In this document: positions 38,886 to 54,284 of the stretch, one piece after another
Layout: every line of letters begins with the position of its first letter
Position numbering within the stretch: position 1 is the first letter of the stretch
Origin: the human T2T-CHM13v2.0 reference genome, Homo sapiens
Assembly: GCF_009914755.1 (NCBI RefSeq)
Contig: NC_060939.1
Strand: one strand, 5' to 3'
DNA length: 64,000 bases
Notes under the pieces: generated by a model
The model's database searches: none
Told to the model about the DNA's origin: nothing
The model's input: only the letters and a program-made list of their open reading frames with translations
Translations under genes and position numbers: made by a program

Positions 38886-39423
38886 GTAAGGGCCTTTAAC
38901 TAGTGTTTTTTATTTGGTAAAGACCATTATAAAATGCATTTTATAGAAATTTTGTAATGTGCTATAGGAACAGGAGCTTTGAGCTTAACTCTTTGAAGTT
39001 TTGCTTTTTACTTTGGAGATTGTTGTCTAAAATGGTAGTTAATACAAGCTGCCCGGATTTTATTGTTTTACGTGAATTGAAGGCATTTTTATTGCAAAAC
39101 CGTCTTGCCGCATTTGTGGTGTTCTTTGGGGGTGTATTAAACACTTATTGGAAGCCTTTGGCCTGCAAGGAAATGCCATTGAACAATCTTATTTAGCGTT
39201 GTAGTTTTGCATGCTCAATAGGACTATCATTAGGTTGTTCATAACAGTGGCTGTGTTTCAGAGTCCCCATTGAGGTTTAAAAAAATGGATGCTTGTATAC
39301 ACCCTAAACTTGTTGAATCTGAAAAGATCCTTGGTTGAGAACCACTGTTGAAGTTCGTTGGTCCCCCTGCTTGAGAGTCATCAACGTGGATAAAGCTACC
39401 ACTTTAGAAAGTATTTATTCTAA

Positions 39424-39709
<286 letters not shown>

Positions 39710-39894
39710 TGATCCGCCCGCCTCAGCCTCCCAAAGTGCTGGGATTATAGGCGTGAGCCACCGTGCCTGGCAAGTATTTATTCTTCTTTTGTGGAATGAA
39801 TTGGGATGGTGTCCACTTGAAAATACTTGGGGACCGGGCGCGGTGGATCGTGCCTGTAATTCCAGCACTTTGGGAGGCTGAGGCGGGCAGATCA

Positions 39895-40194
<300 letters not shown>

Positions 40195-40241
40195 TTACCT
40201 GTGTTTTTATTTTAATTTATTTTTTATATTTTTTTGAAAAT

Positions 40242-40244
<3 letters not shown>

Positions 40245-40274
<30 letters not shown>
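40245..40274. repeat. (CA)n microsatellite
   Basis: Visible dinucleotide run. Confidence 0.9.
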
Positions 40275-40276
<2 letters not shown>

Positions 40277-40705
40277 AACTGACAGACGTGTACAGTGAGT
40301 GGCTGCAGACCCACCTCCATGTCCTGCCACCGTATTTGGCTCCACATCCTGCTGTCTGTCCATCCACCGTTTGTCTCACCTAGCTCCTTAGACACTCATG
40401 TATGTAATTGATTCTAGTTCAACTTTGTTTTTGACTTTCAGGTAAAATTTATATATAATGAAATGTATCTATTTTGAGTTTACCATTTCACAAGTTTTGA
40501 CAAATGTAACCCGTGTAACCCACATCTTTATCATGACTCTTGCTCAGAAAGTTCTCTGGTGTCCTGCCCCTTCTTCCCAGAGGCAATAGCTGGCCTGATG
40601 TTTCTCCAGCATTGACAAATTGCGCCTGTTCTAGAACTCCATACATGGAATCATGTAGTCGGGTTCTTCTGTGTCTTGGCTTCTTTCACTCTGTTTAGTG
40701 CTTTT

Positions 40706-41572
40706 GATTTTCATGTTTTTTTTTTTTAAACAACGTAATGGGTTTATATTTAATATAGCACTTCTCATCAGGAGGTGTTACTCAGTTAATATAAAGTTTT
40801 TATTAACATTAAATCTCTTTTCCATGTCAATGTCTATAGTGTTTTTTTTTCTTTAACATTAAGTCTTTTCTCCATTTCAGTATTAGATACACTGAACACA
40901 TTTTTCTAAATGATTTTTTTTCTTTCCAGAGATAAAAGTTTCCCTTTTTGGCTGACTATTGGATATCTGAATTGGGGAGATGACAAAAGTCTAATAAAAA
41001 TACAGAGAACAGACTCAGTGATTTAGGAGGCAGTGATTACGACTGAACAGTGGCGATTTCCTAGGATTCTGGGCAAAATCCATTTATGTACCAATTTGTT
41101 CCCATTTCATGGAATCAACTCAGAAAGTAAAACTCTCCTACTTACTAATTCTTGGAAACTTTCAGACACCAAAGCTTACATTTAGTTTCAGTAGCACAAA
41201 GGTTTTCAGGGTGAGGTTTCATTCATTAGGCCCTTCAAAGTCACATCTGTTCATTTTTATCTTTCGTGCGTATACCTGCAAGCAAGTACAAACACCTGTA
41301 ATACTGAGAACCACACCTTTTAACGAGAGAGCAGTTGCATCACTGGCTTCCACTGCCTTGACAGCAGGCAGCACCAAAAGCAGTGACATAAGGACTAAGG
41401 ACAATTGTGTTGAAACTGAGGTCATGATGTTGGGATTTTGAGGGCTGAATGTTCCAAGTAAGTGGTATATATAGAATTCTCTCTGACTTGAAATTTTCCC
41501 TTTCTGGACCTCTGGATGCTGAGGCTAAGAGTGTCCATATGACAGTGTCTTCCAAGACAGGAATCAGCAACC
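40706..41572 (-). pseudogene. SMIM30: Processed retrocopy of SMIM30 (LINC00998) mRNA with an open 68-codon ORF at 41219-41425
   Basis: ORF MTSVSTQLSLVLMSLLLVLPAVKAVEASDATALSLKGVVLSITGVCTCLQVYARK... matches recalled SMIM30 (MTSVSTQLSLVLMSLLLVLPVVEAVEAGDAIALLLGVVLSITGICACLGVYARKRNGQM). Poly(A) remnant is the T-run at 40706-40717, with ATTAAA on the minus strand at 40749-40754. It interrupts an old L1 3' end that resumes near 41578. The symbol names the parent gene. Confidence 0.85.
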
Positions 41573-42552
41573 TTTTTTTGTTTTTCTGTATCAGTAATTC
41601 ATTCTGTATATTTTAAAAAGTTTTAACCTCTTCTTCCTAGCCCTCCAGTATTTGTTTATAAATTAAAACGTTTCCCAAAGTGTTTTCTGTGAAACAATAG
41701 TTCTAAAAGGTGCTCTAAGAAAAGCTAAGTACATGGCAAAATCCAAAGTATATGTTTTATTCATTACATTTGATGAATTTTTTTTGTTTTTTCCTCTCGA
41801 GAGGGAGTCTTGTTCTGTCGCTCAGGCTGGGGTGCAGCGGCATGATTTTGGCTCACTGCAACCCCTTCCTCTCGGGTTCAAGCAGTTCTCTGCCTCAGCC
41901 TCCTGAGTACTCAGCTAGGATTACAGGCGCCCTCCACCATGCCCAGCTAATTGTTGAATTTTTAGTAAAGACGGAGTTTCACCATCTTGGTCAGGCTGGT
42001 CTTGAACTCCTGACCTCATAATCTGCCCACCTCGGCCTCCCAAAGTGCTGGGTTTACAGGTGTGAGCCACCATGCCCAGCCCACATTTGATGAATTTTTT
42101 TGTCTTTTGTTCTTTTAAAAATCATGGTTGGAAAGCAGAGCATAATTGTTCTTTATGTAGATCCCAACTGATTGGGATTGTTAGGGAGATGTTTTGGCAT
42201 TCAGTAAATGTTTTTGTTTTCCATTATTAAGACTATGAATATTTTATTTTATTTTCTGAGACAGGGTCTCAGAATTTGTCAAATTTGTAAAATTTATAGC
42301 CAGATGTAGGGTAGGGGTGGCCTACTTTCTGTAAAGGGCCAGATAGTAAATATTTTAAGCTCTCAATGGACCCTATGGTCTCTGTCATAGCCATGGGACC
42401 TTGCAGCTGTAGTGCCAGAGTAGCCACAGATAATACTACGTCAGCGGGCTGGGGACGTTCATTCTGTAAACTTTATTTATGGACACGAAAAGATGAAGTC
42501 CACAGAATGTTTGCAAGTCACAAAATACTGTTTTTCTTTTGATTATTTTTCA

Positions 42553-42873
<321 letters not shown>

Positions 42874-42931
42874 TCAGACCATACACAAAAAGGCTGTGGG
42901 CTGGGTTTGTCCTGTGGGCTGTGGTTAGTGA

Positions 42932-42932
<1 letters not shown>

Positions 42933-42967
<35 letters not shown>
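42933..42967. repeat. (CA)n microsatellite
   Basis: Visible dinucleotide run. Confidence 0.9.
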
Positions 42968-42969
<2 letters not shown>

Positions 42970-44729
42970 CAGAGTCTGGCATTCAGAGCCAGCACCTGTG
43001 TTCTCACCTGAGCCGTGTTCCTGGCTGGGTTCTACTCTGTATTCTGTGACTCGAGGTGTCTACCTTGGTAAACTGGAGGCTGTTTTAGTTTGCATTCCCG
43101 CTGACAATCTGTCACGTTTCTGTTGCTCTGTGTCTTTGTTAGCACTTGGTGTTATCAGTGATTTTTAGTTGAGCCATTCTAACAAGTCTAGTGGGATCTC
43201 ATTGTGGTTTTAATTTGCAATTCTGTAATGGCTAACAATGCTGAATATCATGTTCTTTTTTGCCACTCTTGTATCCTCTGTGAGTTTCTGTTCAGATCTT
43301 TTGCACAGAAAAAGCTGTATCATGGAACCAGTAAAATAACCAAGGAGAGGTTGATTAAAGTTCTGTTTATAACCCTAGAAGATTCCTGCCCTAGGGATAT
43401 GGGATGGCTGAACGTAGGACACCGACACTGGACAGATGAAATAGCAGTTTATTAGTCACGCATGCTCACAGCCCTGGGGTGGGGGACACCGCATGCCACA
43501 CGGGGGCTGCACTTGGGAACAGAGCGAACCACGAGGGGCTGTGGGAGGCACATTTTGTAGTAACAGGAGGGTGAGATGACCTTGCTTCCATGGGAAGATG
43601 TGACTGGCTTGTTTGAATAACTCTGGGCCGGCAGGGATGAGCAGGCTGGGGTCGGGTTTCCGCGATAAGGAGGTTGTTTGGCTTTGGGATCTTATCCGTG
43701 AGAGCAGAGCTCAGGGGAGACCTTGTGGTTAGGCTATTTGAGGCCTTCTTGATTTTACCAATGTCAAGGCAGCACGTAATATTTAGTCTTAATTTCAGGC
43801 CACACGAGAAATTCTTCTGTATCTACTTTCCGTGGCACTTTTCAAAAGGTTTTGTCCTTAGTGTTTAGCAGTTGATTATGATGTGCCTCGTCATGGCTTC
43901 CTTTGGATTTATCTTGTGTGGGCTTTGTGCAGATTCTTCAGTCTGCCTGGGTTTATGTCATTTGCTGAACCTAGGAAGTTTTCAGCCATTAGTTCTTTGG
44001 ATATTTTTTTCAGCATTCACCTTTTCTCTCTTGTTATTAACCTGTGGGGTCTGTGCTAATTCTAGGTAGTTAGTTTCAGAATTGAATTGCACTGTGGGAC
44101 ACAAAGCTGGGTGTCGCAGAGAACTGGAGAATTGCTTGGTGCAAAAGTCCATACATTTGGTGTCAGAAGTGTTGTAAACAGAGGAACTGTTTCCTTCGAG
44201 ATTTTTAGATAGTCATTATTTGTAATCTGGATGGGATATCATGTCTTTCCCCGATTGAGATACATTTTTCTAATTATGTTGTTAGACATTTAGTCACAGC
44301 CTTCTGTGATGGAATGTGTTTACACTTCAAGGTTAAGGTTAGTTCTCTCTTCTCTTCGCTTACTGTGTAAGGAGTTTTATGACAGTTGTTTTTGACTGAA
44401 ACTTGACATTGTCAGTGGCCTAAAGTGATTTTTCTCAGCTTTTCCTTTGTGTCCCAGTGCTCTTGAATTATGCCAGCAGTGACAGTGCCCCTGCATAGCA
44501 GTGCTTCCCAGTTGGCAGTGGAGTAGGGCCTTGTAAAGAGTTAAAAGATTTTTGAATCATACTCTTGTTCTACACCCTCCCTTTTCCCATGGATACACAA
44601 GCACTGGGACTCACTGGATAAAAGCAATTGGTGTGAAATTGAAGTAGGTAAATATGAAAGACTTAAGTTTCTCAGTTAAGAAATGTACTAGGAAGTAGAT
44701 GGAATATCATTTTGGAAGACATCCTTTAA

Positions 44730-44952
<223 letters not shown>

Positions 44953-45235
44953 TAGCCAGGATGGTGTCGATATCCTGACCTCCTGATCCACCCGCCATGG
45001 CTTCCCAAAGTGCTGGGATTACAGGCATGAGCCACCACGCCCGGCCAATATATTGGTTTCTTTATGAAAATTATACTGGATCTGTTACAGGTATGATTGA
45101 TGTATTTTATTTTTAAGTTGTCAAGCATTCAGTTAATCATGTGTGTTGTAACTTTTCGGGGAGGGACATTTGCAGAGGCTAACGGTATGACATTCTGAAA
45201 AGCGGTGACAGATTAAAAAATTTTTAATTCTGCAG

Positions 45236-45367
45236 ATGATAGTGTCGAACCAAGTGGGACAAAGAAAGATCTGAATGACAAAGAGAAAAAAGATGAAGAA
45301 GAAACTCCTGCACCTATATATAGGGCCAAGTCAATTCTGGACAGCTGGGTATGGGGCAAGCAACCAG
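45236..45367 (+). pseudogene. Exon 4 (132 nt)
   Basis: tctgcag|AT GAT AGT ... CAA CCA G|gtgatc; translates DDSVEPSGTKKDLNDKEKKDEEETPAPIYRAKSILDSWVWGKQP, one codon shorter than recalled HERC2 (KKEDLND). Confidence 0.93.
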
Positions 45368-45928
45368 GTGATCTTGCGAATTTTGGCACTTTGGAAAGGT
45401 TGATCTGACACTCCCTTTCTAAATAACTTGAATGGATTCTTAGTATTTTTTTGGTAACAATTTTTTAAAAACTAATTAAAAAATTTAAATATTGTGGTAA
45501 AATATACATACCATGTAACTTACCGTTTTAACCAGTTTTATGTGTACAGTTCATTGGCATTAAATATATTGACATTGTTGCCCAGCCATCACGCTTGACT
45601 AATTAGAGACAGAATCTCACTGTGTTGCCCAGGCCGGTCTTATACTCCTGGCTTCACGGGATCTTCCTGCCTCAGACTCCTGAGTTGCTGAGATTTCAGA
45701 TGTGAGCCATCGCACCTGGCACTATGTGTAACTTTTTGAGGAAGCAGTAAACTGTTTTCCACAGTGGCTACATTGTTTTACATTCTTGCAGCAGTATACT
45801 AAGGTTCCAATTTCTCCACACCCTCACCAACACTTTTTGTTTTCTGATGATAGCCATCCTAATTTGTGTGAGTAGGTACAGCATCTCATTGTTTTGATTT
45901 GTATTTCCCTGTTGATTAGTCATGCTGA

Positions 45929-46505
<577 letters not shown>

Positions 46506-49293
46506 TGAGTTTTTTGTTTTGGGTTATAGGAGTTCCTTATCATGGATGGACTTTCATAATCTCTTCCCTTTCTCCAACCCAGTAAAACCCATATATTTAT
46601 TCTTTGCTTACTTTTTTGTGTGTAATTGAATTTTTTAAAATGTCTGATGCATTTTCGTTCCAATTAAAAATATACATCAAATAAATGTTTTCTTATAAAA
46701 ATGTATCGATTATAAAAGCAGAAATTTCACCTGGCTGCCCACCCCAATTTCAGTTTTCCTCTAAGAGTTAGCCACTATTATCCCTTCAGAGTGGATATTC
46801 AGGCTTTTCTTTCCTGGCATGGACATACATATGTAAATGTACATATATAAAAATAATTAGTGACACCATGCATGGTAGCTCACGCCTGTAATCCCAGCAC
46901 TTTGGGACGCTGAGGTGAGAGAATTGCTTGAGGCCATCAGTTTGAAGCTGCAGTGATCTATGATTGTGCCTCTACACTCCAGCCTGGGTGACAGGGTGAG
47001 ACCCTGTCTCTTAAAAAAAAATTCGTATTTGGGGTTAGTAGTAGTACCTACCTCATAGGTTATTATGGGATCAGTACAGTAGGCCAGACAAAGTGCGTAT
47101 GCTATTATTTTGCATGTAGTAAGTACCAGCATATACTACCTGTTATCCAGAAATTTGCTGAAATGTGCCTTGTATTTTCTCTCTTTCGATTTTGATCAGT
47201 CTTCCTAGAAGTCATCAGTTTGAGTTTTTTCAAAGAACCAGTTGTTGGTTTTATTGATTTTGTTTGTTTTCTTTTTCATTGATTTCTGCTTTACTCTTTA
47301 TTATTTCCTTTTTTCTGCTGGCTTTGGGTTCCATTTGTTCTTCTGTCTCTTCTAGTTTCTTAAGGTAAAGGCTTAGATCATTGACTTCAGATTTTTTGTC
47401 TTTTCTAACAAGTGTTCAAAACTATAATATAAATTTCCCTCTAAGCATTGTTTAGCCACATTTCACAAATTTGGAAATGTTTATTCATTTTCATCTTCAT
47501 TCAGTTGAAAATATTTTCTAATTTCCCTTTTAATTTCTTCTTTTACTCACTTATTATTTGGAAATGTGTTATTTCATTTCCAAATATTTGGGGATTTTCA
47601 AATATCTCCTGTTAACAATTTCTAAATTAGTTGTAGTCAGAGAACATATTCTGTGATTTCAATGCTGAGGCTTGTCTGAAGCCCCAGAATATGGTGCATT
47701 CTGTGGAATGTTTCATGCACATGTAATAAGAATGTGGCTGGGTGCAGTGGCTCCTGCCTGTAATCTCAACACTTTGGGAGGCTGAGGTGGGTGGATTACT
47801 TGAGGTCAGGAGTTCGAGACCAGCCTGGCCAACATAGTGAAACCCTGTCTCTACGAAACATACAAAAATTAGCTGGGTGTGGTGGTGGGTGCCTGTAATC
47901 TCGATTGCACCCCTGCACTTTAGTCTGGGTGACAAAGCAAGACTACATCTCAAAAAAAAAAAAAAGTGTATTTTGCTGCTCTGTAAAGCTTAGTGAGATC
48001 AAGTTGATAGTGTTCAGGTATCCTTGACTTGAAATAGTTTTCTGCCTGCTTGTTCTAGTCACTGTTAGGAGAGGAGTTGAACTAACACACAAGGTTGGCT
48101 TACCACATTAGTTTGACATGAATCTCAGAGATGTTACCCGTAGCTGATTACTTAGTAACTTTAAAGATACAAGTAATATCCTCACTTGTGTGCTCAGGCA
48201 AAGTGGGGAGAGATGTGGGAGAGTCTGTGCAACCCCCGCAGGTCCATCCTCTTTGAGCCCGGCCTGCGAGATGAGACCTCTCACTGAGGCGTGTGGTCCT
48301 CTCACTGAGGTGTGTCGTCATCTCACTGCACAAGGAGCATTAAGGATGTGCAGTGTTCCCGTTTTGTAGTCAGATAGTTTATACACCTTAGGGAACCTTT
48401 TCCAGGGAGCCATGTCCCATAAGTCCATGGATTTTAGGTATGTTTACCAAACACAATCCTAAACTAACCACATCTTGCTAAAAACATTTCATAGATAAGG
48501 ACACTTCTCCTAGCAAATACCAGTCATTTATTTACAGAGAAGCCAGTCTCAGTGTTCTGGGAGATCAGCCCCAGTGACTGGCTTTATTTCCCAGGAGTAT
48601 CTCCATTGTGCTGGGGAGGCATGAAGAGCAATTTCACTGCTTAGTTCCTCTTTCTTCTGAGGAGAATTGAAATCTCTCATGCTAATTATGGATTATTTTC
48701 TTTCAGCTCTGCAGGTTTTGCTTCATGTATTTGAGAATGTTATAGGGTGCATGCACTTTTAGGATTTTTACGCCATATTCATAAATTTGACCCCCTTAAT
48801 CTCCGGTGACATTCTTTGTTGTGAAGTCACCTTGGTCTGACTACTCTCCTTTCTTCTGATTTGGTGTTTGCGTGGTGTGTTTGCCAGGTTTAGCTTTTTT
48901 CACTTTCAAACTTTGTGTATGTGTAAAGTAGATTTCTTTCAGGTATCATTTAATTAGGTCTTGCTTCTTTATTCACCCTGACAACCTCTGTTTTTTATTT
49001 GGAATCTTTAGACTACTTGGGTTTAAATCTATCATCTCTGGCGTTTTCAGTTACATCTTTCACTTGTCACTGCCCACTCTCAAATGGTATTACACTGCCT
49101 GAGCTGCGGGGCAGTGCTCTGACTGTAGCTTCCTGCTTCTGACATGTTCTTGGTTGGTAGTGTTGCTGTGTCATGTCCAAGTGAAACATGGTATAAACCC
49201 CACAATATGATGTTTTTGTTTTTGCTTTAAATAGGCAATTACATTTTTTCCCCTCAAATTTGAAAAGAGAAAAAAAAGTCTTTTTTTTTTTGA

Positions 49294-49829
<536 letters not shown>

Positions 49830-51844
49830 TGATCCACCCACCTCGGCCTCCCAAAGAGCCACCATGGCTGGCCAAAAAAAAGTTTTTTATGTTAACTTTC
49901 ATTTTACCATTATGGGCCCTTAAGGTTTTGTTTCTGTCCCAGCTACCTTGTGTTATCATGTTCCTTCAGTTTGAAGATCTCCCTTTACCATTTCTAGATT
50001 TTCTGACAGAGAAGTTTTTCAGTCTGTCTGGGTATCAATTTTGGCTTTATCTCTGACTCTACACAAATCACTTTGTCTCACCTTGGGCCTCTCATGTATA
50101 AAATAGGAATAAGTGGCCGGGTGCAGAGGCTCATGCCTGTAATCCCAGCACTTTGGGAGGCTGAGACGGGCGGATCATGAGGTCAGGAGATCGAGACCAT
50201 CCTGGCTAACGTGGTGAAACCCTGTCTCTACTAAAGATACAAAAAAATTAGCTGGGCGTGGTGGTGGGCACCTGTAGTCCCAGCTACTCGGGAAGCTCAG
50301 GCAGGAGAATGGCATGAACCCAGGAGGCGGAGCTTGCAGTGAGCCAAGATTGCACCACCACTCTAGCCTGGGTGACAGGGTGAGACTCCATCTCAAAACA
50401 AAAAAAACAAACAAAAAAAAGGAATAAGTATAATATAATGTAAATAATTAAAATTATATATAAAATAAGTGAAAGTACTTACTCAGAGAGTTGCTGTGCA
50501 AATGACATGAAATAATGCATTTGAAGCTCTTAAGTCAGTGCCTGGCACAAATGTTTGATAAAGATTTGTTGTGATTTTAAAAATCTGTTATTTTGCCTTT
50601 CTCCATGTTTCCCCTCACCTAGGTATCAAAGTACCTACAGTTATGGGTGGGTAACTAGACTAAAAATGTACCTTTCTTGCTCAGATTAAAGCCCGGCTTA
50701 TTGACTCAGGGCAGCTTTAATCGGTTTATTTGGAAGCTCTGCTTGTTCACAGGTACAGAGCTTTTGCAGAACCGACTCTGTACCTGGCAGCCTTGAAGGG
50801 GCTTGGATTCAAAGCATATTCTTGAGCCACGCCATCTTTAATCAAACTGCAGGTGGAATTTGTAGCTGTTAGAATAGCTCCTATTCCTTTCATTTCTTTT
50901 TCTGTTTTTTTACTCTTCCATCTCAGCCTAAAAAGAAAAACACGTTAATTTGAGCCATAGGAATTTAGAATTTGTTTTTTCTTTTGCTTAGATATGTTTG
51001 ACTAAAGCTTCCTTTTTCACAGGTTTATTTTTTCCAACATTTTATTATGAAAAAAATATATACAGAAAAGTTGAAAGAATTTTACAGCGCGCACCCACAT
51101 ATTCACCACCTAAGATTGTGCCGCTGGCATCATCCCACGTGCTTTATCACCGTTCTCTCCACCTTTTCATCCTTCTATTCATCCATCAGTCCCTCACATT
51201 TTTTTTGCAATGTTTCCAAGGAGACCTCTGGACACTTGCTTCTCAACATTGCAGCGTGTAGGCCCTCAGCAGGAGTTCAGAAGTGCACATTTCACAGTGA
51301 ACCTTCTGAGAGTGTTGACAGATCACAGCTTTTCTTTTTGTCTAATGAAAAGGGCTTGCTGGCCATTGGGTGTTGTAATCTCTTAGGAGAGTAAACTCTT
51401 AGTAACTATCTAAATCATTCTTAATGATTCTCTCTGCTGTATAAATAGGTCTGGGAGGACCCTTTCTGACATTCTTGTTGGCATAGGTTTTAGCTTAAGG
51501 TGTTGTAAATGCTGTTTATCAAGATGATGAAGTTCCCATTTGTTGCTATTTTCTGAGAATTTTTATCATTCACGAGTATTGAATTTTGTCATTTGCTTTT
51601 TCTAAATCAATTGATATGTAATTATGTGATTTTTGTTCTTTAGTCTATTAATAGGGTGGGTTACATTGATATTTGACTGTTGAACCAGCTTTGCATTCCT
51701 GGAATGAAACTACTTGGCGATGATGTGGAATTCTTTTTATATATTGTTTACTTCTACTTGCTAATAATTCACTGAATATTTTTGTGTCTATATATATATT
51801 AAGGTATATTGTTCTGTAGTTTGTACTGTCTTTAGGTACGGTAC

Positions 51845-51998
51845 CTAATATTAGCTTCTTAAAATGCTAATATTAGCTCTAATATTAGCTTCTTAAAATG
51901 CTAATATTAGCTCTAATATTAGCTTCTTAAAATGCTAATATTAGCTCTAATATTAGCTTCTTAAAATGCTAATATTAGCTCTAATATTAGCTTCTTAA
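51845..51998. repeat. 34-bp AT-rich tandem repeat, 4.5 identical copies of CTAATATTAGCTTCTTAAAATGCTAATATTAGCT
   Basis: Units start at 51845, 51879, 51913 and 51947, with a partial unit at 51981. Confidence 0.95.
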
Positions 51999-53948
51999 TA
52001 TGAATTGGGAAGTTTTTCCTTTTCTAGTTTCCAGAAGAGATTGTTTTGAGTCTGTGTTAATTCTTTTTTAATGTTTGATGGAATTATCCAGTGAGTTCAT
52101 TTGGATCTGGTAATTTCTTTTTTTTTTTTTGGGATTCTTTGAATTATGAATTCAGTTTTCTTGATAGTGGTAGAGCTATTCAAATGATCTATTTTATATT
52201 TGGTGAGTTGTGGTAATTTGCATTATTTGAGGAATAAGTCTATTTTGCCCAAGTTGTCAAAGTTATGTGTGTAGAGTTGTTCCTAGTAATTCCTAATTAT
52301 CTTTTTTCATATCTTTAGAGCCTGTTTCATCACTAATGTTGGGTAATTTATGTCTTTTTTTTTTTTGTCAGTCTTGCTTAGAGAGGTGTGTCAGTTTTAT
52401 TGATCTTTTCAAAGAACCAGCTTTTTGCTTTACTGTTTATTGTTTTTCTGTTTTCACTTTGTTTCTACTCTTACCTTAATTATTTCTTCCTTTCTGCTTA
52501 CTTTTGGGTTGATTTTGCTATTTTTAATTTTCTTTTAGGTTGTCAACGTGGGCACTTATATTATTGATTTGTTTCCAAGTTTCTAATGTACCATTCATTT
52601 AGTGCTGTAAATTTGTCTCTCGTCACCCACTGTAGCTCTTTCCCATACATTTTGATGTATTGTACTTGCATTTTCTCTCAGTTCACAATATATTTTAAAA
52701 TTTCCCTTGAGACTTTCTCTTTGATCCATGGGTTATGTAAAAGTTTATTGTTTAGTTTCTGAGAGTTAGGCAATTTTCCTGTAATTGTTCTCTTGTTGAC
52801 TTCAGATTTGTTCCCATTGTTTGAGGGAACATATGCTGTGTGATTTTAATTTCAAAAAATTTGTTAGGTTTGTTTTATGCCTCAGAATATGTTCTAACTT
52901 AGTATTTGTTTTGTGGATACTTGAAAAGATTATGTATTCTGTTATTATTGGCTGGAGTGTTCTATAAATTTTGATTGGCTCTAGTTGATGGATGGTGATG
53001 TTGCGTTCTATATCCTGGCAGCTTTTCTGTCTCCTAATTTTATCAGCTGTAGAGAGAGATTTTGAGGTCTCCAACTATAAAAGTATAAATGTCTTTTTCT
53101 CCTTTCGGTTCTGTTCATTGTTTTTTTGTTTGTTTGGTGTCTGCACGTTTCGAATTGCTGTGTCTTAATGGTGGATTGACCAAGTTCTCATTTTGTAATG
53201 TTGCCGTTGGTTCCTGGTAATTATCTTTTTTTTTTTTTGAGACGGAGTTTCGCTCCTTTTGCCCAGGCAGGAGTGAAGTGGCATGATCTCAGCTCACTGC
53301 AACTTCCGACCCTACCAGGTTCAAGTGATTCTCCTGCCTCAGCCTCCTGAGAAGCTGGGATTATAGGCTTCTGCCATCACACCCAGCTAATTTTTGTATT
53401 TTTAGTAGAGATGGGGTTTTGCCATATTGGCCAGGCTGGTCTCAAACTCCTGAGATCCACCCACCTTGGCCTCCCAAAGTGCTAGGAGTACAGGCGTGAG
53501 CCACTGTGCCCGGCCCTCCTGGTAATTATCTTTGTTCTGAAGTTTACTTTATTTGATATAAATATAGCCAACTCCTGCTGTCCTTTCAGTAATGTTTGCA
53601 TGATCTTTTTTTTTCTATACTTCTATTTTCAGTTTGCCTGTTTGAAGTCACTTTCTTATGGACAACATATAGTTGGATCATGTTCTCTAGTCTACTCTCC
53701 TAGTGTCTTTTAATTGATGTATTTAGATTGTTTACATTTAATTTAATGTCATTGATAAATTGAGGCTTAACACTGCCATTTTGTTTTGCATTTTCTATTT
53801 CTTCTGTTTTTCATTTTTTCGGTTTGGTTCTTCCTGGCTCTCTGTGGTTTACTTGACCATTTTTAGCATTCTATTTCATCTGTAGTGTTTTAGAGTGTAT
53901 CTTTTTGTATAGCTTTTTTAGTGGCTTTTCTAGGTAATATATTACATA

Positions 53949-54284
53949 CAGATTGAGCATCTGTAAACCCAAAATCCAAAATCTGAAATGCCCCAAAATT
54001 CGAAACTTTATGGCACTCCAGCATGACGCCCCCAAATTGAAAATTCCATTCATAAGTACTTAGCATGAACTTTGTTTCATGCACAAAATTACTAAGCATG
54101 CTATATAAAATTACCTTCAGGCTCTGTGTGTAAGTTATATATAAAACATAAATGAATGTATTTAGACTTGGGTCCTATCCCCAAAATATCTCATTATTTA
54201 TATGCAGATATTCCTAAATCTGATAAAAATCTGAAATTTGGAACACTTGTGCTCCTGAGCATTTTATAAGGGACACTCAGCCTG
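53949..54284. mobile_element. Tigger4/MER46-like TcMar DNA transposon
   Basis: Terminal inverted repeats CAGATTGAGCATC...GACACTCAGCCTG preceded by TA; internal aaatccaaaatctgaaatgc motif. Confidence 0.7.

Noticed and set aside
51845-51998. CRISPR-like palindromic array
   Set aside because: No unique spacers, no cas genes and a primate context; it is a simple tandem repeat.
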